This document shows positions 19,101 through 27,184 of a stretch of DNA of 64,000 bases, one piece after another (position 1 is the stretch's first letter; each line of letters opens with the position of its first letter). The stretch spans positions 724 through 64,723 of the forward strand of contig JBBQTO010000001.1 in assembly GCA_038234575.1 (NCBI GenBank). Direction: 5' to 3'. A model generated the notes under the pieces. It did no database searches. It worked only from the letters and a program-made list of their open reading frames with translations, and was not told the DNA's origin. This DNA comes from Candidatus Limnocylindrales bacterium. GTDB taxonomy: Bacteria; Chloroflexota; Limnocylindria; Limnocylindrales; CSP1-4. The position numbers were made by a program, and so were the translations under genes.

Positions 19101-19336
19101 CCATGGCCTATGAGGCGATGACCGGGTGCCTGCCCGACGCCGTGCAGCTCCACTTCCTCGATTCGGGACTCGTGGGCCGGGCCGAGGTCGACCCGAAGCG
19201 GCTGGAAAAGGCGCGCGAGAAGATCGCCGGAGCAGCCGCCGGGATCCGGGCTCGCGACTACACCCCGAAGCCGTCGGCGATGGCCTGCACGTACTGCCCG
19301 TTCCGGGATATCTGCCCGTCGAGCGTCGCGAGGTGA
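16151..19336 (+). CDS. UvrD/Rep-family SF1 helicase fused to a C-terminal RecB-family PD-(D/E)XK nuclease with Fe-S cysteines (AdnB/AddA-like)
   Basis: Helicase motifs: GAGTGKTQVIT (Walker A), TFHAFGDRLIRE, YRYILVDEFQDTN, VVGDDDQSIYRFRGA. C-terminal nuclease: ..TDYKSS (D-Y-K motif). Four Cys in the AddB/AdnB arrangement: one in DYLTCPLKYKY plus CTYCPFRDIC (C-x2-C-x5-C). 1061 aa. Confidence 0.85.
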   Translation: MPPASRTSLRRRPRPLEQIPVWHGFDAVPSIDPEAAPEVEGLADLMRGLNADQRRAVTHGEGPLLVVAGAGTGKTQVITRRIAWLIATRRAKPSEILALTFTDKAAEEMQLRVDQLVPYGYTDTAISTFHAFGDRLIREHAFDLGLAPDVRVLSRPEVVVFLKERLFELDLAEYRPLGDPGRFLGALAALFARCRDEDVSPARYLEHADRLEVQAAQAATAIAGPDAGEADRDAAMALAEDSRRQRELANAYSRYKELMSVHGAIDFGDQVSMALRLLRESAAARTAVQARYRYILVDEFQDTNRAQSELVAILAERHRNVTVVGDDDQSIYRFRGAAISNILEFRERYQGARTVVLWRNYRSLAPILDRAHRLIRFNDPDRLEVRVGISKKLVAERTRQDAPPVRHIAFATSTEEADWIADEIRRRIAAGAAPRDHAVLVRANADADPILRAFNSAAVPWRFSGTSGLYARPEVRLLLAVLRTVADPGASVDVYALATSEQYRVPGEDLSLVMSAARRRHHTAFEILEELEMQPAVLRVSAAGRAALARLTSDIRRYRDLAHRRPAGEVLYAFLRDTGWLTALARATSVAAEEALANIARFFDIVRNHSALLADDRAIFLVRHLATLIEAGDDPATADPDPDVDAVAVMTVHKAKGLEYPVVFLPGLVADRFPARGRREALALPVELVDEVLPEGDGQLQEERRLFYVAMTRARDELILSHAAESASGRARRISPFVVEALDLPTAAPPGSGAISAGALARITAMEPAGDAPEPVRVPIEGPLLLSHSSIDDYLTCPLKYKYSQVLRVPTPPHHALIYGSALHKAVQEFHRAHAGGKVLSESELFAVFDAAWSNEGFVSREHETARLEAGRDALRRFRLAQLEPGAVIPAWVEREFSFAMGGDRIRGRFDKVDIVPEEGTEGDAGAAAALARAAMTRADVVEPMLELMGRERVTITDYKSSDVRDPVKARQRARESLQLQIYAMAYEAMTGCLPDAVQLHFLDSGLVGRAEVDPKRLEKAREKIAGAAAGIRARDYTPKPSAMACTYCPFRDICPSSVAR

Positions 19337-19384
19337 CGCTCTGGCGGGCGTGAATGCGCCGGCAGGCGTGAGGCTCCGGCAGGC

Positions 19385-20188
19385 GTGACCGCGCCACGGC
19401 TCGCGGTCGAGGCCGTTTCCTTCGACTTCGGCAACACCCTCGTTCGGGTCGACCGAGCCGGTCTCCGGGCCGTGATCCAGCGAACGGCCGATGCGCTCCT
19501 TGCGCGCGCCACCATCGCCGACGTGCCGTCGTTCCTAGCGGCCTGGTCGGAAGAGCGCGATCGCCAGTTCAGGGACGAGGTCCCGAAGCTCCGCGAGGTC
19601 GACATGAGCCAGCGGGTCGTGCGGATCCTGGCGCGGCTTCGGGGCTTCAGGCCGCCTCCGCTCGACGACGCGTGGGACGATTTCGAGGCCGCGCGGTTCG
19701 TCGATCCAGCCGAGGCCGCCTTCGCGATCGAGACCTATAGCGCGGGGTTCGTGACAACGATGGAGCCGATGCCGGACGCGAGAGCCGTCATCACGAGCCT
19801 GGCTGCCCGCGGGTTCCGGCTCGTCATCCTGTCGAACTGGCCGTACGCCGCCACGATCGACCGGTTCGCGGAGGCACAGGGCTGGATGCCGCTTCTCGAG
19901 GCGGTGATCGTGTCCCAGCGGGTCGGGACGATCAAGCCCCATCCCGAGATCTTCCGCCAGGCTGCGGCGGCCCTCGATGCGTCGCCCGAACGGATCCTGC
20001 ATGTCGGCGATGACTGGGCCGCCGACGTCGTGGGCGCTGCCCGCGCCGGCTGGAAGACGGCCTACGTCCGCAACCGGCAGGCCGATACGCCCCTGCCGAC
20101 GTCGGTCCCGGACGGCGAGGTCGTCGCGGACCTCGAGATCGACGAGCTCGCCGAGATCGGGCCGCAAATCGACCGATGGACGCCTTAG
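19385..20188 (+). CDS. HAD-superfamily hydrolase (subfamily IA-like)
   Basis: Motif I DFGNTL (with FDFGNTLV), motif II LVILSNW, C-terminal GDDWAADVVGAARAG. Confidence 0.75.
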   Translation: MTAPRLAVEAVSFDFGNTLVRVDRAGLRAVIQRTADALLARATIADVPSFLAAWSEERDRQFRDEVPKLREVDMSQRVVRILARLRGFRPPPLDDAWDDFEAARFVDPAEAAFAIETYSAGFVTTMEPMPDARAVITSLAARGFRLVILSNWPYAATIDRFAEAQGWMPLLEAVIVSQRVGTIKPHPEIFRQAAAALDASPERILHVGDDWAADVVGAARAGWKTAYVRNRQADTPLPTSVPDGEVVADLEIDELAEIGPQIDRWTP

Positions 20189-20219
20189 GACGCCCTTGGA
20201 CACCCTAGACTTCGGGCCG

Positions 20220-20594
20220 ATGGAGACGCGCGACCGGCGGGCGAATCTCGCCGTCTTCGGCGCCGCGTTTCTCGCCTGGCTGGCCGTGGCCTGGGTCGTC
20301 CTCAATCTCGACCCCCGAACCGATCCCAGCGCGGGGTTCGTCGGCGCGCTGGCCATCGGGGTCGCGGTTGGCCTGACGATCGCGCCGCTCTTCTGGCTCG
20401 CGGCGTTCAGCCGCCACCATCGGATCGCCTATCGCGGTGACTGGGCCCGGGCGCTCCGGCGCGGTGGCTGGATTGCCGTCCTCGTCGCGCTCTTCATCGT
20501 GATGCGGGTACAGGGCATCTTCCAACCGCCGATCGGGCTTTTCCTGGCTGCAATGGTCCTCGTCGCCGAGATGACGATCTCTGCGCAGGGCTGA
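20220..20594 (+). CDS. Hypothetical integral membrane protein (about 124 aa, 3-4 TM helices)
   Basis: ATG at 20220 within ORF 19977..20594; the upstream part of that ORF overlaps the HAD gene. Hydrophobic helices AVFGAAFLAWLAVAWVVL, ALAIGVAVGLTIAPLFWLAAF, IAVLVALFIVM, IGLFLAAMVLVA. Confidence 0.5.
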   Translation: METRDRRANLAVFGAAFLAWLAVAWVVLNLDPRTDPSAGFVGALAIGVAVGLTIAPLFWLAAFSRHHRIAYRGDWARALRRGGWIAVLVALFIVMRVQGIFQPPIGLFLAAMVLVAEMTISAQG

Positions 20595-20739
20595 AGGGGC
20601 CGCCGGTCGTGGCGGGTGCCAGAGGGACCGGTGTTAGGATGCCGCCTGGCGCCCCGCTGGACGGCGGATCCGAACCGGCGGCGTCGAGCGCGATCGGTCG
20701 TCCCGCATTGCTGCCGCGGGCCCGACCCGGAGGATCTGC

Positions 20740-21885
20740 GTGAGCGAGCGCCCGACCGACGGCGAGAGCCGTCCCAGCCCCGACGAACTTGCTGCCCACA
20801 ACGGCTGGGACGGGCCATTCGAGGTGTTCCCCGAGTTCGAGTTGCCGACCTATGTTGGCCTCCAGACGTTCTCGCGACTGCCGTGGGTCACGGATCCGGC
20901 GGAGCTCCGGGAGCGGCAGGTGGACGTCGCGATCGTCGGCGCCCCGTTCGACGACATGGTCACCCACAGGCCCGGGGCGCGATTCGGCCCGCGTGCGATC
21001 CGCGAGGCCCAGTACACCTCCGGCTCGCTGAACTCCCTCCAGCTCGGCGTGGAGCCGTTCGAGGAGCTCGTCGTGGTCGACGCCGGCGATGCCAATATCG
21101 TGCCCGCCCAATGGGAGCGTGGTCACGCGATGATCTACCGCAAGGTTCGCGAGGTCGCCGCGAGCGGCGCGATCCCCATCGTCTTCGGTGGCGATCACTC
21201 GATCACCTGGCCGAGCGCGAGCGCAGTTGCCTCGGTTCGGCGACCGGGCAGCGTCGGGATCGTCCATTTCGACGCCCACGCGGACACGGCGCCCGATTCC
21301 TGGGGCCAGCTCGCCGGGCACGGCTCGCCGATGCGCCGCCTGATCGAGTCGGGCGCGGTGCTGGGCAAGAACTTCGTGCAGGTCGGGCTCCGCGGCTACT
21401 GGCCGCCCCCGTCGGTCCTCGAGTGGATGCGCGAGCACGGCTTGAGGACCCACTTCATGACCGAGATCGAGGAGCGCGGCGCGGACGCGGTCATCGACGA
21501 CGCGATCGCCGAGGCCCTCGACGGGCCCGATGCCGTGTACCTCTCGGTCGACATCGACGTCGTCGATCCTGGCCTCGCCCCCGGCACCGGTACGCCCGAG
21601 CCGGGCGGCCTGCTGACCCGCGAGCTCCTGCGAGCGATCCGGCGGATCGTCGGAGCGGTGGACCTTGCGGCGATGGACATCGTCGAGGTCGCGCCGCCCT
21701 ACGACTGGGCCGAATCGACGGCGATGATCGCGAATCGGGCCGCACTGGAGGCGATCTCGGCACTCGCGGTCAAGCGTCGAGATGGCAAGACTGTTCGCTG
21801 GGGACCCCGAACGGCGGGCCGGCGCGGACCGCGACGTGCGGGCCGGCTCGGACCCGAAGCTGCGGGTCGGCTGACAGAGCCATGA
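20740..21885 (+). CDS. Agmatinase/arginase-family ureohydrolase
   Basis: Binuclear Mn site motifs: GGDHSIT, HFDAHADT, SVDIDVVDP, and ..DIVEVAPPYD. GTG start. The stop overlaps the next gene (ATGA at 21882-21885). Substrate (agmatine, guanidinobutyrate or formiminoglutamate) is not decidable from sequence. Confidence 0.8.
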   Translation: MSERPTDGESRPSPDELAAHNGWDGPFEVFPEFELPTYVGLQTFSRLPWVTDPAELRERQVDVAIVGAPFDDMVTHRPGARFGPRAIREAQYTSGSLNSLQLGVEPFEELVVVDAGDANIVPAQWERGHAMIYRKVREVAASGAIPIVFGGDHSITWPSASAVASVRRPGSVGIVHFDAHADTAPDSWGQLAGHGSPMRRLIESGAVLGKNFVQVGLRGYWPPPSVLEWMREHGLRTHFMTEIEERGADAVIDDAIAEALDGPDAVYLSVDIDVVDPGLAPGTGTPEPGGLLTRELLRAIRRIVGAVDLAAMDIVEVAPPYDWAESTAMIANRAALEAISALAVKRRDGKTVRWGPRTAGRRGPRRAGRLGPEAAGRLTEP

Positions 21886-22700
21886 CCGCCGATCCGCGCT
21901 CCGACGCCCGGGCTGCCGCGCTGGCCCGCCTCTACGACCTCGACCTCGCGGAGGATCCGGGCGACCTCGATCTCTACCTTGCTCTCGCCGATCGTGTCGA
22001 CGGCCCGATCATCGAGCTCGCGGTCGGCACGGGCCGCATCGCGGTGCCGCTGGCGGACGCCGGCCACCCGGTCGTCGGCGTGGATCTCGATCCGGCGATG
22101 CTTGCCCGCGCCGCCGAGCGCGCCCGAGCATCCGGACCCGCATCGGTCGAACGTCTGACGCTCGTCGAAGGCGATCTCGTGGATGTCGAGGTACCCGGCG
22201 GTGGGCCGTTCGGGCTCGCGATCCTCGGTCTGAACTCGATCCTCCTGCTCGCGGAACGCGGTCGGCAGCGGCGGGCGGTGCGGCGGATGTTCGAGCTGCT
22301 CGCTCCCGGTGGCATCGCCGTCGTCGACACATGGCTGCCCGGGGCTGAGGACCTCGTCCGCTTCGACGGCCGCCTCTCGCTCGAATGGCTCCGAACGGAC
22401 CCGGAGTCAGGCCGGGAGGTCACGAAGCTCGCGGCGGCCTGGTATGACGCCGGGAGCCACCTCGTGACCCTGACCACGATCTTCGACGAGGCCGAGCCGG
22501 GGTCGGCGCCGATTCGGTGGACCCGTTCGGACGCCCTGCGGCTGGTCGGGCCGGACGAGCTCGGGGAGCACGCCGACGACGCCGGCTTCGAGATCGAATC
22601 GCTCGCCGGCAGCTACGACCTGTCGCCGTACGGGCCGGGCAGCGACCGGGTGATCCTGATCCTGCGCCGACCGGGTGCGCCCAGCGCCTCGTGGTACCGT
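21882..22700 (+). CDS. Class I SAM-dependent methyltransferase (3' end uncertain)
   Basis: SAM-binding motif I ..IIELAVGTGRIAVPLADAGHPVVGVDLD.. and motif II-like ..LVEGDLVDV. The ATG overlaps the agmatinase stop. No in-frame stop occurs until 23099 (ORF 20616..23099), yet the MTase domain ends near 22680 and the next gene starts at 22708. End given as approximate domain end. Confidence 0.65.
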
Positions 22701-22707
22701 TCCGGGG

Positions 22708-23871
22708 ATGGCACCGAGCGGTCAGGTCAGGCTCCTCCTCGTCGAGGACGTGCCCCAGGTCGCGCAGTACGTCCGAGGGCTCCTGAACGCCCAGACGCAG
22801 GTCAAGCTCGTCGATGTGATCGCCGATGGCTCACTGGTCATGGGCCAGGTCACCGAGCAGCGGCCGGACGTCGTGGTGGTCGATGGGCTGCTCCAGGGAC
22901 GCCTGCGCGGCATGGCCGTGGTCAAGCAGCTCCACGAGGCGGCCGTCCCCGTCCCGGTCATCGTCCTCACGGTGCCGCAGCATCCGCTGGAGCCGGACCC
23001 CGAGAACGGGATCCACGACGTCCTGGCGATGCCGTTCAACGGCTACGACCTGATCAGCCGGGTCATCAGCGTCAACAAGGTCGCGGTTGCGGCGGCTGAG
23101 CGCGGACCCAGCCGGATCGTCGCCGTCTTCGCGCCGAAGGGCGGGGTCGGCAAGACTACGATCGCCCTGAACCTCGCGGTCGCCGCGTCCGGGCTCGGCG
23201 TGCGAACCGCGCTCGTCGACGGAAGCATCCAGTTCGCCGACGTTCGCTCGATCCTCCACGTCCCGGACAGCGCACCATCGATGCTCGACCTGCCGACCGA
23301 CAAGGTTGTGGAGTCAGACCTCACGGACGTCCTCTGGCGCGACGCCTCCGGCATCGACGTCCTGCTCGCGCCGCCCCGCGTCGAGATGGCCGAGATGGTC
23401 CTCGCCCGCGATCTCGAGAAGACGCTCTCGCTCCTCCGGCGGCTCTATGACCTCGTGATCGTCGACACCGGCGTCGCCCTCGACGAGCTCACGCTCGCGA
23501 TCCTCGACCAGGCGGACACGATCCTCGAGATCGTAACGTACGACGGCACGACGATCCGAAACGTGGCCGCGATGGCCGACACGTTCCGCAAGATCGGCTA
23601 CTCGACCGACAAGGTCCACTACCTGCTGAATCGCAGCGACGCGACGGCCGGCATCGACCCGGCGGATCTCGCCAAGGCGCTCGGTCGCCAGCCGGAGCAT
23701 CACCTTCGCTCCGAGGGCCAGGTCGTCGGGCCGGCGAGCAACCAGGGCCTGGCCTTCGTGACGGCCGATCCGAGCGCGGGCGTCAGCCGCGACCTGCTCA
23801 CCGTGGCCGAGGACCTCATCGCCCTCGGATCGCAGGCGGGCAGGCGCGTCGCGGCCGCGGCTACCCGATAG
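22708..23871 (+). CDS. Atypical receiver-like domain fused to a ParA/MinD-family ATPase (CpaE/TadZ-like, AAA_31)
   Basis: N-terminal REC-like fold: LLLVEDV, VVVVDGLL, VLTVP. The conserved receiver Lys is absent (..LAMPFNG). The ATPase has a deviant Walker A with both lysines (APKGGVGKTTIALN). 387 aa. Confidence 0.8.
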   Translation: MAPSGQVRLLLVEDVPQVAQYVRGLLNAQTQVKLVDVIADGSLVMGQVTEQRPDVVVVDGLLQGRLRGMAVVKQLHEAAVPVPVIVLTVPQHPLEPDPENGIHDVLAMPFNGYDLISRVISVNKVAVAAAERGPSRIVAVFAPKGGVGKTTIALNLAVAASGLGVRTALVDGSIQFADVRSILHVPDSAPSMLDLPTDKVVESDLTDVLWRDASGIDVLLAPPRVEMAEMVLARDLEKTLSLLRRLYDLVIVDTGVALDELTLAILDQADTILEIVTYDGTTIRNVAAMADTFRKIGYSTDKVHYLLNRSDATAGIDPADLAKALGRQPEHHLRSEGQVVGPASNQGLAFVTADPSAGVSRDLLTVAEDLIALGSQAGRRVAAAATR

Positions 23872-23885
23872 GAGCGCACATCGGC

Positions 23886-24905
23886 GTGTCGGATCCGCGT
23901 CCCATCGGAGTGTTCGATTCCGGCGTCGGTGGTCTCACGGTCCTGCGCGAGATCCTGCGGCGAACCCCCACCGAATCGACGATCTACCTCGGTGACAACG
24001 CCCGCGCCCCGTACGGGACCCGCAGCGACGACGAGGTTCGCCGCTTCTCGATCGAAGCCATCGACGCGCTCGTCGAACGCGACGTCAAGGCCGTGGTCGT
24101 CGCGTGCAACACCTCGACCGCCGTTGCGATCGCCGATCTGCGCCGCCGGTACGACCTGCCGATCCTTGGCGTGATCCGCCCGGGCTCCGTCGCGGCGTCC
24201 CTGACGACCCGGAATCGACGCGTGGGGGTCATCGCGACGCCGGCCACGATCCGCTCGCATGCCTACTTCGCCGCGATCAAGGACGAGAACCCGGCGGTCG
24301 AGGTCTACGAGCACGCGACACCGGCGTTCGTCCCGATGGTCGAAGCCGGGGAGCTCGCGGGATCCGAGGTCGAGTCGGCAGTTCGCGAGGCGCTTGCGCC
24401 GCTCCTCGGCGAGCGCGACGCCGCCGGCGATTTCGTCTTCCCGCTCCCGAAGTCCGCGCGGATCGACACGCTCCTCCTCGGCTGCACGCATTACCCGCTG
24501 TTGCGCCAGGCGATCGCCGCGGTCGCGGGAGAGGGGGTCGCGATCGTCGATTCCGCGGCCGCCACCGCATCGGCGCTCGCCGAGCTCCTGACGATTAACG
24601 GCCTCGAGGCGCCGGCTCAGGCGGAACTCGCGCCCGGCGAGGCACGCGGGCCTGACGAGACGCGGGGGACCGGCGAGACATGGGGCACAGGCGTCGCCAC
24701 AACCCACGTCCAGCTCACGACGGGCGACGTCGAGCGCTTCCGGTCGATCGCGAGCCACATGTTCGGTGACGCATTTCCGGATGTCGCCGCCGTTGAGGTC
24801 GGGTCCGCGATTGCGCGGCCCCTGCGTGTCGTGTCGCGTCCCGCCCCGGCTCCTCCCGCCGCGGCCTCGCCGGTCCAGGCACCGCCCGCCGAGGTCGCGG
24901 GGTGA
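23886..24905 (+). CDS. murI: Glutamate racemase
   Basis: IGVFDSGVGGLTVLREI..LGDNARAPYG..VVACNTSTAVAIADLRRRYDLPILGVI, with both catalytic Cys regions (ACNTS, ..LLLGCTHYPLL). Carries an unusual C-terminal extension of about 70 aa, Ala/Pro-rich. GTG start. Confidence 0.85.
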   Translation: MSDPRPIGVFDSGVGGLTVLREILRRTPTESTIYLGDNARAPYGTRSDDEVRRFSIEAIDALVERDVKAVVVACNTSTAVAIADLRRRYDLPILGVIRPGSVAASLTTRNRRVGVIATPATIRSHAYFAAIKDENPAVEVYEHATPAFVPMVEAGELAGSEVESAVREALAPLLGERDAAGDFVFPLPKSARIDTLLLGCTHYPLLRQAIAAVAGEGVAIVDSAAATASALAELLTINGLEAPAQAELAPGEARGPDETRGTGETWGTGVATTHVQLTTGDVERFRSIASHMFGDAFPDVAAVEVGSAIARPLRVVSRPAPAPPAAASPVQAPPAEVAG

Positions 24906-26116
24906 CCGAGCGACGCGGTGGCTGGCGCGACGACCGGCGCTGGCAGGCGGGCTTCCTCGTCGGCTCCGCGATCGGGGCCGCCGCCACGGTCCTTGGCCGG
25001 CGAGCCGAACGGATCGCGCGCCGAGGCCTCGTCGATTGGACCGCCGTCGAGCGACTCGCCATCCGCCGGGCCGAGAAGGCGCCGGGTCGCCTCACGCCCC
25101 TGGAGCTGCGCGCCGCCGAAGGCGCCTATCGCGAGGCGATGGCCCTCGTCGTCCCTCGGCTGGCAGAAGCGCTCGGAGCCGAGCTGCCGGGTGTGGTCGA
25201 TCGGGCCAGCGTCGTCGACCGGGCGGGTTGGATCCAGGCCAACGTCGGCACCTTCCGATCGCTGATCTCCCGCCTCGAGACCGACCTGCTCGACCAGGTC
25301 GTGCCGGTCGGCGGGGGTTTCACGCGGGCGACGATGGCCCTCGCGAATCGCTGGGTCACGAGCCAGCAGCTCGGCTTCCTGCTCGGTTTCATGGGTACAC
25401 GGGTGCTCGGCCAGTACGACCTCGCGATCCTGTCCGCCGAGGCGGAGGACGGCCGGCTCCTCTTCGTCGAGGAGAACATTCGCGGGACCGCCCACGCCAT
25501 CGGCGTTCCCGTGGCGCCGTTCCGAACCTGGATCGCGCTCCACGAGACCACGCACGCCTTCGAGTTCGAGGCCCACCCATGGCTGCGGCCCTACCTGGCC
25601 GAGCGCCTCGAGCGCCAGCTGAGCCTTTTCAGCGGGTCGGCGGCGAGCATGGGTCGGGACGCGATCCGGGCGATCGGGCGAGCGCTCCGCGGCGAAGGCG
25701 GCGGCGAGCACTGGATGGAAGCCCTGATGGGCGAAGAGCAGCGCCGGCTCTTTCGCGAGACGCAGGCGGTCATGAGCCTGCTCGAAGGATTCAGCGATTA
25801 CGTGATGGACGAGGTCGGTCGCGGGCTCGTGCCGGACGTGGAGCGGATCTCGGCGCGCTTCCACGAACGACGCCAGCATCGAACGGGATTCGAGCGGGCG
25901 ATCCTTCGGTTGACCGGGATGGACCTGAAGATGGAGCAGTACGAACGCGGCGAGAAGTTCGTGCGGGCCGTCGCCGAGGCGCGTGGCAGGGCCGCGCTGG
26001 CGCACATCTGGGATGGGCCCGAGAGCCTGCCGACGGCCGCCGAGATCGGGGCGCCCGAGGCGTGGGCTACGCGGGTGCTCGACCAGCCCCGGCTCGCCGA
26101 TCCCGCGGCTTCGTGA
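24902..26116 (+). CDS. Zinc-dependent metalloprotease, DUF2342/TIGR03624-like (HExxH)
   Basis: HEXXH motif in WIALHETTHAFEFEAHPWLRPYL. The overall pattern matches the actinobacterial 'putative hydrolase' (coenzyme F420-associated) family. GTG overlaps the murI stop (GTGA). Confidence 0.7.
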   Translation: MTERRGGWRDDRRWQAGFLVGSAIGAAATVLGRRAERIARRGLVDWTAVERLAIRRAEKAPGRLTPLELRAAEGAYREAMALVVPRLAEALGAELPGVVDRASVVDRAGWIQANVGTFRSLISRLETDLLDQVVPVGGGFTRATMALANRWVTSQQLGFLLGFMGTRVLGQYDLAILSAEAEDGRLLFVEENIRGTAHAIGVPVAPFRTWIALHETTHAFEFEAHPWLRPYLAERLERQLSLFSGSAASMGRDAIRAIGRALRGEGGGEHWMEALMGEEQRRLFRETQAVMSLLEGFSDYVMDEVGRGLVPDVERISARFHERRQHRTGFERAILRLTGMDLKMEQYERGEKFVRAVAEARGRAALAHIWDGPESLPTAAEIGAPEAWATRVLDQPRLADPAAS

Positions 26117-27177
26117 GCGACTCCCCGGCGCAAACCGCTGTTGGGCCGGGCAAAGGCCCCCGCGGCGTGCCCCTGGCGATCGCCGTCAGCCCGCTCCTGT
26201 TGGCGCGCGTCCGGGCCCAGGATCTCGATCGGATCCGGCAGTCGGCCCCGGGAGCGCGAATCGTCAATCTCTCGGTCGAGGGCCTCGCGGACGGTCCGGT
26301 CGACGACGTGGAGGTTCTGCTCCGCGGCTGGTTGAGCTCGGACGCCTTCGATCGATTGCTGGCCCACGCCCCGAAGCTACGCTGGGTCCACTCGGCGACA
26401 TCCGGGGTCGAGCGGGCGCTGACGCCGGCTGCGCTCGCCCGAGATGTCGTCGTGACGAATGCCCGCGGCGTCTTCACGCGGCCAATCGCCGAGCACGTCC
26501 TCCTGATGATCCTTGCCCTGAGTCGCCGCCTGCCCCAGCTTCTCGAGCTCCAGCGGGAGCGCACGTGGCAACCGCTCGAGGGCCGCGAGCTGCGCGACCT
26601 GACGATCGGGATCGTCGGCTATGGCTCGCTCGGGCGGGCGGTGGCCTCACTCGCGAGCGCCTTCGGCAGTCGGGTCATCGCGATGCGCCGACGGCCAGAC
26701 GTCCCCGAAGGCGGCACCGTTGACGGCGACGACGCCTTTCCGTTCGCCCCCCGTGTCGATCGGCTCCTCGGCCCCGACGGCCTGCACGAGCTCCTGGGTG
26801 CGTCGGACGTCGTCGTGCTTGCGGCGCCGCTCACGCCGGAGACCGAGGGCCTGATCAACGAGGCCGCGCTCGCGGCGATGCGGCCGGACGCCTGGCTGAT
26901 CAACGTCGCCAGGGGGCGGCTGATCGACGACGTGGCTCTCCTGCGGGCGCTGCGCGAGGGCCGCATCGGCGGGGCAGCGCTCGACACGTTTCGGGACGAG
27001 CCGCTGCCGCCCTCGTCGCCGTACTGGGACATCCCGAACCTGATCTTGACCCCGCACACGGCGTGGTCGTCATCCCGCGTGCTCGATCGGAGCATCGAAC
27101 TGTTCTGCGACAACCTGCGCCGCTTCAGCGCGGGCGAACCGTTGCGGAACGTGGTCGACCCGGCCGCGGGCTACTGA
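26113..27177 (+). CDS. D-isomer-specific 2-hydroxyacid dehydrogenase, NAD-binding
   Basis: GIVGYGSLGRAVASLASAFGSRV (Rossmann), ..LINVARGRLID.. (catalytic Arg), ..LDTFRDEPLP..LTPHTAWSS (catalytic His). GTG at 26113 overlaps the upstream stop. ORF 24766..27177 is a spurious 5' extension in the same frame. Confidence 0.8.
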   Translation: MSDSPAQTAVGPGKGPRGVPLAIAVSPLLLARVRAQDLDRIRQSAPGARIVNLSVEGLADGPVDDVEVLLRGWLSSDAFDRLLAHAPKLRWVHSATSGVERALTPAALARDVVVTNARGVFTRPIAEHVLLMILALSRRLPQLLELQRERTWQPLEGRELRDLTIGIVGYGSLGRAVASLASAFGSRVIAMRRRPDVPEGGTVDGDDAFPFAPRVDRLLGPDGLHELLGASDVVVLAAPLTPETEGLINEAALAAMRPDAWLINVARGRLIDDVALLRALREGRIGGAALDTFRDEPLPPSSPYWDIPNLILTPHTAWSSSRVLDRSIELFCDNLRRFSAGEPLRNVVDPAAGY

Positions 27178-27184
27178 GCCGCGA

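Noticed and set aside
15524-19153. Long minus-strand ORFs 15524..16936 (470 aa) and 17297..19153 (618 aa)
   Set aside because: Antisense to DUF4446 and to the AdnB-like helicase-nuclease. No motifs; Arg/Gly/Asp-rich.
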